Assembly (NCBI GenBank): GCA_009877105.1
Contig: WXFD01000011.1
Span: forward strand, 46,485-110,484
Source of the DNA: Bacteroidales bacterium
GTDB lineage: Bacteria > Bacteroidota > Bacteroidia > Bacteroidales > VadinHA17
DNA length: 64,000 nt
Direction: 5' to 3'
A program made the translations under genes and the position numbers. Shown piece after piece: positions 9,001-15,382 of this stretch. Each line of letters starts with the position of its first letter. The stretch's first letter is position 1. The notes under the pieces are model-generated. The model was not told the DNA's origin. It did no database searches and saw only the letters and a list, made by a program, of their open reading frames with translations.

Positions 9001-11005
9001 AGGCGGATGGACCGACCTGAGCGATGGAACGGATTATATTGGTACCGGAACACAGCAGCTTGTAATTTTAAATACCCCTGTCGCGATGAACGGTAACCGT
9101 TACAGGCTGGCGCTTGTTACATCCTGCGCGGTGGTATATACCAATCCGGCCACACTGACCGTGAATGCAAACCCGGTCGTTGACTTCAGCGGTATAAGCC
9201 CGATGAATGCCTGCGGCGGTGATCCGGTCACTCTTGACGGCAATCCCACCGGCGGTTCAGGAAGCTACACGCAGCACCGGTGGACAGGCGACGTGGGCCC
9301 GTTGAACAATTATTTCGTTCAGTCGCCTGTATTCAGGCCGTTCATTTCCGGAACCTACGACCTTAATTACAGGGTCACCGACAGCAACGGGTGCACTGCG
9401 GATGATGACCTGAGGATCATAGTCGACAGTCCGTCGGCCCAGTTCAGCTATGACGTTCCCAGCGGCTGTTCACCACTTACAGTCAGGTTTACAAAGGATA
9501 TGACCGGCATTGATGAATGGTGGTGGGATTTTGATGACGGCACGCCGGTTGAATCAACTGAAGCCAGTCCGGTTCACGTGTTTATCAACAATACTCCCGG
9601 TGCAATCCGGTATTATAACGTCACCCTGAGGGTAAGGTCTGCGGGGAACTGTTTTGCCGAATACAAGGCAACGATAACGGCGTACCCGGCAGTTGATGCA
9701 ACCTTCACGCCTGATAATTCAGTTATCTGCAGCGGCAGCTCCATTACTTTCACGGCAGCGACCGGAGCATACAGATATTTCTGGGATTACGGCGATGGCT
9801 CATCAGGTTATGGCACCCACTCGGCAAGACACTCGTATACCAATACCGGCACGACGCCCGAGGTACATACGGTTACCCTCACCACCTATACGTTGAACAA
9901 CTGTACCGATGTACAAACCTATGATATCACCGTGATGCCGGTACCGGTCCCGCAGTTCACCGCTGATCCATGGACACAGGTATTCAAAACTACCGGTAAC
10001 CCGGTGATATTTACCAATACAACAAATGCAGGTACCTGGAACTGGTTGTGGAGATTCGGGGATGGCACCACGTCGACAGAAATGAATCCGCACCATAATT
10101 ATACTCAGATCGGGGACTACAATGTGACCCTGATTGCCGGCAATGCCAGCTGCACCGACAGTGTGAAGCACAGCGTGAGTGTTCTGCCCCCGGCTCCGGT
10201 GGCCGATTTCGACTCCATACCATCGGGATGTGCGCCGCTGTTTGTGAACATCAGCAACACTTCGCTGAACACCGATCTTCCCGGCACCACCTATCACTGG
10301 GATTTCGGTGACGGGAGCACTTCGACTGCAAAGAATCCGACCTATACATACTTCACCCCAGGTTCATACACCGTGCGACTGTATGTTGTCGGTCCGGGCG
10401 GCACATCAGATTATAGCCAGGCAGTTCACGCCCATCCGTCACCCAAGGCATATTTCGAGATCACACCGCCCCAGGTTTACGCAAACGACAAGAACGTTCG
10501 TTGCTTCAATCTCAGCCAGGGTGGCAGCACTTATCTCTGGGATTTCGGGGATGGCGAAACATCGACTGAAGCTGAACCAGTTCATAAGTACATGAAGGAA
10601 GGAGTGTATGACATCTCCCTCACTGTAACTTCGGCCAATGGCTGTACCGATCAGTACATACTTTCACCTGCAGTTACGGTACTTCCTGTCGGTGAACTAA
10701 GATATCCCACAGTCTTTATCCCCAACAAGACGGGTCCGATTGAAAGATCCGATCTGCCCACGGGCGGTCTCGAGACCGATCAGTTCTTCTATCCCCCGAT
10801 AAGACAGCTGGTCCTTGACTATAAACTGCAGATCTTCAACAGATGGGGTGTACTGATATTTGAGACACATGACATCAATACCCCGTGGAACGGCTATTAT
10901 AAGGGTGAATTGTGTCCGCAGGGAGTGTACGTATGGCTTGTGGAAGGCAAGTTTGCTGACGGGAAGCCTTACAAGAAAGCCGGTAATATAACATTGCTGC
11001 ATTGA
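2..11005 (+). CDS. Giant (>3660 aa) repeat-rich SprB-like cell-surface adhesin, T9SS cargo; 5' end cut by window edge
   Basis: One uninterrupted ORF. The frame is open from nt 2, with no stop before the ATG at 17. The first residues begin mid-repeat (DLAPLDNTVCSD matches the later EPVLADLNTTICSD) and there is no signal peptide. The body consists of tandem repeat families, PKD motifs (WDFGDGSTS..NPTYTY) and a C-terminal T9SS sorting domain. Confidence 0.9.
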   Translation, partial: GTGPWMTPAHSFNINDIPDLAPLDNTVCSDAPSAITFSISNAGPTITGLTYNITSINMNGLVPSAGSPATGTGLAAAIISDDAYTNKTSGDVNVIYAVVPVSSQGCIGAQENVTLTVMPEPVLANLSTPKCSDEALGFNLSLASGSSPAASYNITAINSNGLTASAGSPATGSNLPANVIADDAWTNTTGSPVNVVYSIVPVGVNGCPGDTYTMTITINPEPVLASLVQPVCSDQPLGFSLATAAGSVAAATYNIISINSNGLTASAGSPAPGTGFAANVIADDAWTNTTADPVDVVYTVVPVSASGCEGNAGTITITVNPEPVLADLNTTICSDAPLNFNLATAAGSVAAATYNITAINSNGLTASAGAPAVGNGLSANVIADDAWRNTTPHAVNVVYTIVPVSSSGCPGNPVNMTIRVNPEPVLATTGKEVCSREPLNVNLAVNPGGVAAASYNIISINANGLVPSAGSPAAGNGLPANEIADDAWINTTSAIVNVVYRVAPLSADNCEGNPVDITFAVKPEPVISPNQTVNVCSGNPLDYPIALDNFTNPGAGVTFTWNTPVLNPADPAFTGGNPRNTASSANITDTFVNTLGIIGTATYTVTPYYNGCAGQPVDIVIRVGSEPVLDPGLDDFACSNDAIGLVLREAAGSVAPSHYNIISVNMETGLSAASTNAIVPNDNAPATYLSGDIFENKTGVDKTVTYRVQPVLAPDCFGDPVDVVMTIRPQPVIVPGQVKPVCSGVTIGKEIFLIPVNTPAGVRFNWSAPAISDGSVQGSAGSGVEADPAGTVHINDVIRNYSSAAITATYRVTPVSAEGCRGEEVPVIITINPEPLPKPISGRADLCAGESAPVVYNVTPVGGSSFHWTVDPAVGTKTFDFNTNAIMITAATAAGTGNISVYETNSLGCPGAPFTLPVRVWDSPDPENITGEQTVCAYSTHTYSVTHRPGSVYSWTLPGGAALVGNPSGNSIQVVFGNVGGTILVRETNIAGCITDHDPLAVTVNPQPTANITNGGTMCDGGTRALTVSFIGTAPFSFTYAINGTPLAPISTSDNPYILNATLAGTYSVVNVTDNTGCTGPGSGTATITYFPKPTGIISGTAELCRGSQATITMTFTGVPPYTFTYTDGTTPVTVTNHPNSVYTANVSPSVSSTYTLVSLSDGNNCDGVLSGQATINVNQPPSLTLTGTDLICHNVPTGAVDLTITGGTSPFGISWTGPNGFTSTAEDISGLNEGYYAVTVSDSKGCHATANITIMQPRPLYAAVDRTNVTCYGADDGTITISGSDGGSGFYEYSIDGGIAWSNDVTYTDLAPGTYVVMIRDLVNPTCMLTLNPGLQITGPPILSGTVGKTDITCHGSHDGTITISNPAGGYGTYQYSHNGGADWQDSPLFTNLSAGSYSMVIRDRANPLCRMDLGPVVINEPDALAATVNSTDATCFGANNGTITISGATGGYGVYEYSINGGASWQASNTFPNLAPGTYNVRMHDRANPACMIIINSSLVITEPAILSATVARTNVTCNGANDGTITITNPLGGYGTYEYTVDGGSVWQSPGTFTGLAPGYYNVKIRDAANVTCEITLRPALQITEPAVLSASVASVNVTCNGADDGRITITNPLGGSGSYEYTVHGGPPWQPSGIFNGLAPGTYDVRIRDAANPLCVTTLNGTLVITEPLPLDATLTSTMISCFGANNGIIAISNPEGGSGTYEYTVNGGTNWSNSGNFTGLTPGIYNVIMRDAVHKTCEHVLNSALVITQPAVLAANVAYTNVTCFGGADGTITITNPTGGYGTYQYTVNGGGSWQSSGSFTGLGQGTYNVQIRDEAHPGCVIVLNNALVITQPAILRATITTTMVTCFGANNGIITITNPLGGSGSYEFSNDGGTHWQASGIFAGLAPGSYEVRIRDAANPLCEIVLNPGVSVTEPAELNAVVTVVNITCSGANNGRILISNPTGGYGTYDYSIDGGIGWQATGTFTGLSPATYDVRIRDRANPLCVVTLPAATITQPDPLSAAIVSDNITCNGANDGRIEISGAAGGSGAYQYSITGGSAWQSSGIFNYLSPGTYNVRLRDAANITCEITLDDALVITQPARLTAVVSSSNVTCNGGNDGSITITSPAGGYNIYEYSIDGGISWDGITSFTGLAPGFYNVQMRDAAHPACVVTLNGSVRITEPPVLSASVTQTNITCHGAGDGIITISSPAGGHGAYEYTVTGGTPWRTTGTFSNLGPGSYDVRIRDAVNQTCEIPLGTLTITEPAALTATVTSVDISCFGANDGSISVTSPSGGYGTYQYNLNGSTSWQVSGNFTNLAPDTYVVRMRDAANPACEITLTPDPVISEPGILAATINGTNVSCFGGGDGSITINNATGGSGNYEYSINGGGSWNATGIFTNLIAGAYNILIRDASHPACIIVLNNAYLITQPSLLSATVSKTEVSCHGFNDGTISITSPAGGYGTYEYSIDGGLSWHASGFFDHLTPGTYDVRMRDEAHHGCAVILYPNLLITEPIRLSLSTTGDVVLNCFGDNNGMGTFYASGGTMPYTFIVDNQAGATVAGPGFNSQTFFSASAGVVNVTVVDANGCSESASIQITQPDELLPGSIGDDQIVCSGDIPAAIQELTPATGGPGARVFQWQSSTSATGPFVNIAGANGNDYTPTTGATYTQYYRRMVTSGTCMPGYSNVVGVFVNPRPVAFLTGGGTICPGENAVIRITMPAGTGPFTVEIDGLGTINNYNSGDDITVSPAATTTYSLVSVIDANNCEVVAPSPNLSGTATVTVSDLPLITLFTPPDPVCEFSLASFRVTATGTNLTYQWYVDDGNSISPVSDGGTYFGALTPTLQIFNAVRSMDGNIYHVAVTGCGTTVTSSDIVLTVNTAPEITLHPRDITVCLGQDAVLEADATGTGITWQWLVNRGSGFVPVTDDSNFSGSQSNILTITDARSSFNGWIFRAVASGVCGVPVNTNFAVLRVINPPEVTTHPNPVAVCEDSPASFLGNGRGYTTMQWQVNTGGGWTDLSDGTDYIGTGTQQLVILNTPVAMNGNRYRLALVTSCAVVYTNPATLTVNANPVVDFSGISPMNACGGDPVTLDGNPTGGSGSYTQHRWTGDVGPLNNYFVQSPVFRPFISGTYDLNYRVTDSNGCTADDDLRIIVDSPSAQFSYDVPSGCSPLTVRFTKDMTGIDEWWWDFDDGTPVESTEASPVHVFINNTPGAIRYYNVTLRVRSAGNCFAEYKATITAYPAVDATFTPDNSVICSGSSITFTAATGAYRYFWDYGDGSSGYGTHSARHSYTNTGTTPEVHTVTLTTYTLNNCTDVQTYDITVMPVPVPQFTADPWTQVFKTTGNPVIFTNTTNAGTWNWLWRFGDGTTSTEMNPHHNYTQIGDYNVTLIAGNASCTDSVKHSVSVLPPAPVADFDSIPSGCAPLFVNISNTSLNTDLPGTTYHWDFGDGSTSTAKNPTYTYFTPGSYTVRLYVVGPGGTSDYSQAVHAHPSPKAYFEITPPQVYANDKNVRCFNLSQGGSTYLWDFGDGETSTEAEPVHKYMKEGVYDISLTVTSANGCTDQYILSPAVTVLPVGELRYPTVFIPNKTGPIERSDLPTGGLETDQFFYPPIRQLVLDYKLQIFNRWGVLIFETHDINTPWNGYYKGELCPQGVYVWLVEGKFADGKPYKKAGNITLLH
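50..1570 (+). repeat. About 5 tandem 101-aa (303-bp) repeats inside the adhesin gene
   Basis: The unit EPVLAxL..CSDxPLGFNLAxAAGSVAAATYNIxxINSNGLTASAGSPAxGxGxxANVIADDAWTNTTxxPVxVVYxIVPVSxxGCxG..ITxNP restarts at nt ~358, 661, 964, 1267 and 1570. Long stretches are identical or nearly identical at DNA level, e.g. gatgatgcctggaccaataccac at ~546 and ~850. Confidence 0.85.
3780..7510 (+). repeat. About 15 tandem 83-aa (249-bp) SprB-type repeats, with degenerate copies flanking at ~3550 and ~7510-7750
   Basis: The recurrent unit is LxAxVxxTNVTC[FNHY]GAxDGxITIxNPxGGxGxYEYSxxGGxxWQxSGxFTGLAPGTYxVxIRDAANPxCxxxLNxxLVITEP. The spacing between the conserved Cys codons is 249 nt (e.g. ~3812, ~4064, ~4313). 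Confidence 0.85.
9430..10690 (+). other. Array of 5 PKD-like domains within the adhesin
   Basis: There are five occurrences of the PKD signature: WWDFDDGTP, FWDYGDGSSG, WRFGDGTTSTEMNPHHNY, WDFGDGSTSTAKNPTYTY and WDFGDGETSTEAEPVHKY. Each is followed by Y.V.L-type strands. Confidence 0.8.
10700..11002 (+). other. T9SS type-B (gliding motility-associated, CHU_C-like) C-terminal sorting domain
   Basis: The C-terminal ~100 aa read FIPNK....DQFFYP...LQIFNRWGVLIFE...PWNGYYKGELCPQGVYVWLVEGKFADGKPYKKAGNITLLH. This matches the known pattern F.PNGDG.ND.F....I.NRWG..V......W.G......P.GVY.Y........KG.V.L. Confidence 0.8.
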
Positions 11006-11074
11006 TCCGGATACGGCTTCATCCGTATTTTTCAGGGTTCTGAGGCATTCACCGGAGTTTCAATGACAAAACGG

Positions 11075-11110
11075 GCCGTCTCATTTGAAACAATGAGACG
11101 GCTTTTTTTT
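11075..11110 (+). terminator. Rho-independent terminator after the adhesin gene
   Basis: An 11-bp perfect stem gccgtctcatt/aatgagacggc with a 6-nt loop, followed by T8 (11103-11110). Confidence 0.85.
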
Positions 11111-11542
11111 ATGCCTGCCGGTTAGCCAGTCGTGCAGGGTAAAAATATTCAGTAACCATTAATTTTTCCCTGATTTTTCTTTTTTCTGGCCCTGAAGGTT
11201 TCTAATATTGTTATTGCAATACAAACTTAATTCATTGTGGTTGGTTTCGATCTGATGGACGCATTTGCCGTGCAAATGACAGAGGGGAAGGATACGCACT
11301 GGCCTGGAGGAGTCCGCAGGCAGGCAAGGTATTCATGAATAATGCCGCATCATGACTGGTAAAGCTGTTTTTCTGGAATAATATATTGTCTAACTGCATT
11401 TTAAAATTCGTGCCTATGAAACAAAACCTACTTGTTTAACCAACGGGTAAGGCAGTCCGCCCAGCCAGATTCCATTTAGGGCTGCAATGATTATAAAAGC
11501 AGGGCTTATAACCCAAATCAACAATTTAAATCATCAACAAAA

Positions 11543-12709
11543 ATGAAAAAGATCATTTATGTCGTGGCAACCTGTTTATTATTTGCAGGTTGTGAAAAAT
11601 ATGCTCCGGAACAGGACAGCCAGGATATTGAAAAAAGAATGTTGAGCGGTCCTGAAACGATCCTGAAGGAGAACCTCGACCTAGCGGCACAAATCCTGGT
11701 GGAAGTCATGCAGGAAGAAGCCGTTGCAAACGAGATTTCAGTGCTTTACAATGATGACAGATCCTTCTGGATGCTTTCTTTCGAGGATCTGTTCAATGAA
11801 GCCAAGAGCAGTTCCTTTTCTGTACTCAGGGAGAGGTTTCTGGACAAGTGTGCCGTAACCGGGACAAAAGGTACCTGGCAGGACCTTGCAAATTTCCTGG
11901 CCAGGAACGGCGCCTATATTTATTGTCCCTATCCTTCAAGTTTTTATCCAAAGGGTACCAGGGTGGTGACTGTGGCAGCTCACCCGATAGACAATGATAA
12001 AGAGGGGGCTGGTTACCGGTTTGAAGGCAAGATTGTTCAGAGGGTCACTGTGAATGAAAGATATGCCGACGCCAGCCCGGTTATTCTTATTATGCCGCCT
12101 GATGAGAAAGAATCCGGAACCTTGTCCGCTGATATCCTGACTGCGGACCTGGCAAAGGGAGACCCGGTGTACGAGGTGAAAATAGGCAAAATCAGATGTG
12201 CAAATTATTGCGGAGGACTTTTTGAAGGTGAATTAGAATTGAGAATTTCGAGAGGATATCCTGAATTTAATATGTCCACTGGGGCAACTGTAGGTAAGTT
12301 CACTACTATTATACCGGTGAACTATCCAAGATCATACGCAAAATCTGCTATTAATAATTGGACGTCCCATTCAGAAGGTGGATGGTACACAGTTAATATT
12401 CCTTGGGACACTAATTGGAAAAAAGAGAAAGTAGAACAAGCTATTCTGGTTTATGAATATGATAATGTTAAAGAAACCTCAGTTAATGCTACTGTGGGCT
12501 ATAAGCCAAGTGAAACAAGCACAACAGTTACTGTGGCGGTAAAAGCAGTTTATAATGGTGATTTTCTGGGATTAGTAGAATGGGAAAGACATTGGTATTT
12601 AAAAACAAATAATTCTCCTGGTCTATATGATGAAGTTAAGGATGGATTAACAGTAAGAAAGACATGTCCTAAACTAAAATTGACGACTCCTCTTAGAATT
12701 ATTTATTGA
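11543..12709 (+). CDS. Hypothetical lipoprotein (388 aa)
   Basis: Lipoprotein signal MKKIIYVVATCLLFAGC with a lipobox Cys at residue 17. I recognise no family. The 3' ~500 nt are visibly more AT-rich than the 5' part. Confidence 0.7.
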   Translation: MKKIIYVVATCLLFAGCEKYAPEQDSQDIEKRMLSGPETILKENLDLAAQILVEVMQEEAVANEISVLYNDDRSFWMLSFEDLFNEAKSSSFSVLRERFLDKCAVTGTKGTWQDLANFLARNGAYIYCPYPSSFYPKGTRVVTVAAHPIDNDKEGAGYRFEGKIVQRVTVNERYADASPVILIMPPDEKESGTLSADILTADLAKGDPVYEVKIGKIRCANYCGGLFEGELELRISRGYPEFNMSTGATVGKFTTIIPVNYPRSYAKSAINNWTSHSEGGWYTVNIPWDTNWKKEKVEQAILVYEYDNVKETSVNATVGYKPSETSTTVTVAVKAVYNGDFLGLVEWERHWYLKTNNSPGLYDEVKDGLTVRKTCPKLKLTTPLRIIY

Positions 12710-12990
12710 TTTCTGGGCTGTCTTGTTTACAATATCATCTATTTAAAGGATTACTGTTAATAATGAGCAAAATAGCAATAAGTAGATTCATCATGGACAA
12801 TGAAGAAGTATTGAAAATCAACCTTGTGACAATCACTTAAAAATAGTTGGTTGTTACTGATATGGTTTACAAGACAGCCCTTAATCAAAAAGTATTGAAA
12901 TGAAACACATATGTTTACCATACTCAAAAAATCATAAGTATAATTTTCAACATATGGGTTCTATCATACTATTGAAATCAAAATTATACC

Positions 12991-13620
12991 ATGATGAAAA
13001 AGAAATATGTCGCAATAATTATTAGCATCCTTTTTAATATTCCTTTGTCTGCACTGACAAACCAAGCAAATGACACATCTATGATTGATTTTTCTTTATA
13101 TTATTTTGTTGACTTGTCAGATACTTATGGCGGAGGTGAAATTTTTTCAGGAGAAATTGGTTTTTCCCGTTCATGGTACGGAGCGTGTTTGGGATATGGC
13201 CATTTTCAATCACAGTCTACCTTTATCTTAAAAGTTCCAGTTGAGAATCCAGATGGCCAAATAGGTATACCCTTTGACGAAATGGCGATTATGAAAAACT
13301 CCTCTTTATCCTTAAAAATTCTTCCCATAAGGACATCTTGGATTAATGCGGAATTAATTTTTGGGATTGCTTTTGCAAAAGCTGAATGGTCATGCTATAA
13401 AAGTGTGGATTATAGTTACAGTATTGTTGAAAATAGGTTTACTCAACTAATAAGAGATTATCAATTGATTAAAAGTAAACATTTTGGTTATCAGGTTGGA
13501 TTAAATATAGTTTTATGTCCTTTGAAATTTGCTGATTTTAAATTAAGTGCAAGGATGCAAGATTTAAATCGGGGAGGCACTTTCTTTTTTGTGGGTGGAG
13601 GGATAAGCTTAAAAATTTAA
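12991..13620 (+). CDS. Hypothetical small outer-membrane beta-barrel-like protein (209 aa), AT-rich gene
   Basis: N-terminal signal peptide (MMKKKYVAIIISILFNIPLSA), alternating hydrophobic/aromatic beta-strand-like pattern, Gly/aromatic-rich segments. No family recognised. Confidence 0.55.
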   Translation: MMKKKYVAIIISILFNIPLSALTNQANDTSMIDFSLYYFVDLSDTYGGGEIFSGEIGFSRSWYGACLGYGHFQSQSTFILKVPVENPDGQIGIPFDEMAIMKNSSLSLKILPIRTSWINAELIFGIAFAKAEWSCYKSVDYSYSIVENRFTQLIRDYQLIKSKHFGYQVGLNIVLCPLKFADFKLSARMQDLNRGGTFFFVGGGISLKI

Positions 13621-13720
13621 AGCTGTGCAAAATCTTTATTTTTAAGAAAATAAAAAGACTAATATAACATCTTTATCTCGGTAGTTTTCAGATGAACTTT
13701 GGAAATTAAATTTCAGTTAT

Positions 13721-14296
13721 ATGAAGATATTTACATTTTTATTTTGTTTTTTCACAATGATCTCTTGGAACCTCCATTCTCAGGATAAAAAACTGACATT
13801 AAAAACCGGTGTCGGTTACTATACCGATGTTATGACCTGGCCAGATGGCCCTATAATTTGGCTCGAAGGAGGTTACAGATTCCAGACGGATTTTTACCTG
13901 AACACCCGTCTTTCTATGGCAACAATAGACTGGGAAATAAATAATGAGACTTTTTCCGGTTATAAGACTATTTCCTTGAGACAAATGCTAGATGTTACCT
14001 TCTCCCGACCGCTGCGAATTGCTGATAATCATTTTCTGGAGCCAGGATTAGGATTTAAACTTAAACGTGAATACCATTTGCTTCCCGATGTTTCATTGGA
14101 GGAAATATCCGGTCAATTATATCTCAGTACAAATTATAGTTACATCTTTTACGAAATTGGTTTCACTGCAAATATCGACTATTACTACCGGTTCAGTTCC
14201 GGATTTTTCCTGGGTTTGCGGGCTGATACCAATGTTATATGGGCCCTCGGTTTTGAGGGACTTACCATATCCCCCCTGTTCGGATTCAGGTTCTGA
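13721..14296 (+). CDS. Hypothetical small outer-membrane beta-barrel protein (191 aa), AT-rich gene
   Basis: Signal peptide MKIFTFLFCFFTMISWNLHSQ, alternating-strand pattern, and a terminal LFGFRF with C-terminal Phe typical of BAM-dependent barrels. Confidence 0.6.
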   Translation: MKIFTFLFCFFTMISWNLHSQDKKLTLKTGVGYYTDVMTWPDGPIIWLEGGYRFQTDFYLNTRLSMATIDWEINNETFSGYKTISLRQMLDVTFSRPLRIADNHFLEPGLGFKLKREYHLLPDVSLEEISGQLYLSTNYSYIFYEIGFTANIDYYYRFSSGFFLGLRADTNVIWALGFEGLTISPLFGFRF

Positions 14297-14441
14297 TTTA
14301 TGAATGATACCGCGGGAACTTCAGATCAGGTAATTTTTGTTTATTGATCCCTCAGGAGAACCATTCAGATCCACTGAGGTTATTTCTTGATAAGCCGATA
14401 ATCCCTGATCTGTCGGTTGCCTCTGTCCGGCCAGGCCGCTA

Positions 14442-14624
14442 CACCGCCGGATTCAGCATGCTGCAATGATTATTTTGAAGTGTATCTTCCTGCGATCCAA
14501 CCTTTATTTAAAACTTATGGCTTACGGATCACCGGAAAGCTAGCTCTGAGAGAGCGTAGACATTAATAACCCCCGGCGCCAGCCGGGGGGCAAGTCACCA
14601 AAGAAAAGGAGCCCGGAAAAGACA
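14442..14624. repeat. Copy A of a duplicated non-coding module (conserved block - variable ~100 nt - conserved hairpin block)
   Basis: Block 1 is caccgccggattcagcatgctg (14442-14463). Block 2 is cccccggcgccagccggggggcaagtcaccaaagaaaaggagcccggaaaagaca (14570-14624) and contains an 8-bp GC hairpin. Confidence 0.7.
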
Positions 14625-14700
14625 ACCGCTCCTGTTTTTCGACGTTTGCGCTAAGGCCATTTCCCGCTCCAAAAAACAGGAGCGGTTCGCGCCTTTTCCG
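14614..14700. other. 87-nt extended hairpin (8 + 16 bp helices) in non-coding DNA
   Basis: cggaaaag(14614-21)/cttttccg(14693-700) and aaccgctcctgttttt(14624-39)/aaaaacaggagcggtt(14672-87) are perfect complements. They are separated by a 2/5-nt internal loop and a 32-nt apical loop. Confidence 0.7.
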
Positions 14701-14711
14701 CTCTGCCCGCG

Positions 14712-14885
14712 CACCGCCGGATTCAGTATGCTGGTATTGCGACAGGTATTTGTTTTTCCATTAAACTGTTGGCGGCTCTTGAAATTACATATTACGCCCC
14801 TTCAGGGCTTATTGTCACTGGTGATCCTTTCCCCCGGCTGTCGCCGGGGGGCAAGTCACCAAAGAAAAAAGCCCGGAAAAGGACA
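14712..14885. repeat. Copy B of the duplicated non-coding module
   Basis: Block 1 is caccgccggattcagtatgctg (14712-14733). Block 2 is cccccggctgtcgccggggggcaagtcaccaaagaaaaaagcccggaaaaggaca (14831-14885). The stem matches copy A but the loop differs (tgtc vs gcca). The ~95-105 nt between the blocks are unrelated in the two copies. Confidence 0.7.
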
Positions 14886-15184
14886 CTGTGCATCAGGCGG
14901 AAAACGAAAAGATATCCCCGGCAGCAAATCAGCACGCCACCGGGGATCAGGGTCAGGGCGACCAATCGTTCGGGGCGAACGAAGACCAGACTTTCAGAAG
15001 AAATGCAGCGAGTGGTCCGAATTAGTTGAAGGAAAATAATCTTTAGATGAATCCCCCGGGTGAGGATAATAAACAGGCAGGTTTTTATCAACATGCATGG
15101 CAGACAATATTTAACGTAATGCGACTTTCAGCTGCAATATACAAAAAACCGGGGCCAGAAAATCTTTTTCCTGTAAAAAAAAAT

Positions 15185-15382
15185 TCAGGCCGGAACATAA
15201 CTGCGCCTTGTCCTGCAGTAACGGATCAGATATCCCTCCTGCCTGAGTTCGTGGATCAATCTTTTAACAGTTCTGATGCTTACATCTAGCAGTATTGCCA
15301 GCTCTTCAGGAGTTCCCGTACCCTTTAGCGAAATGAGACGAAGAATCCTGATCTTCATATTTTCTTTCTGAAAACGTGTCAT
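15185..15382 (-). CDS. Small winged-helix/HTH DNA-binding protein (65 aa from the Met at 15382; the ORF is open to 15496)
   Basis: ILRLISLKGTGTPEELAILLDVSIRTVKRLIHELRQEGYLI is a typical HTH_11/DeoR-N-type helix-turn-helix. The start is uncertain (15496, 15382 or 15358). Confidence 0.6.
   Translation of the reverse strand: MTRFQKENMKIRILRLISLKGTGTPEELAILLDVSIRTVKRLIHELRQEGYLIRYCRTRRSYVPA

Noticed and set aside
328-10595. About 35 ORFs of 60-164 aa in the ORF track, on the minus strand or in other plus-strand frames within the adhesin gene (e.g. 328-567, 4793-5233, 9803-10297)
   Set aside because: All lie inside the single 11-kb adhesin ORF. Their translations are low-complexity mirror images of the repeat DNA, rich in Arg/Pro/Ser/Gly. 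The repetitive sequence has few stop codons, so long spurious frames are expected.
12763-12840. 25-aa ORF (MSKIAISRFIMDNEEVLKINLVTIT) inside the inverted-repeat-bracketed segment
   Set aside because: It is too short, has no supporting motif or conservation evidence, and AT-rich DNA yields such ORFs by chance.
14728-15094. Three mutually overlapping ORFs (14728-15039 +, 14769-15029 +, 14792-15094 -) in the GC-rich non-coding stretch
   Set aside because: They overlap each other on both strands and have Arg/Lys/Gly/Pro-rich nonsense-like translations. The conserved repeat blocks they cover are not in an open ATG-initiated frame in copy A. The region is better explained as non-coding structured DNA.
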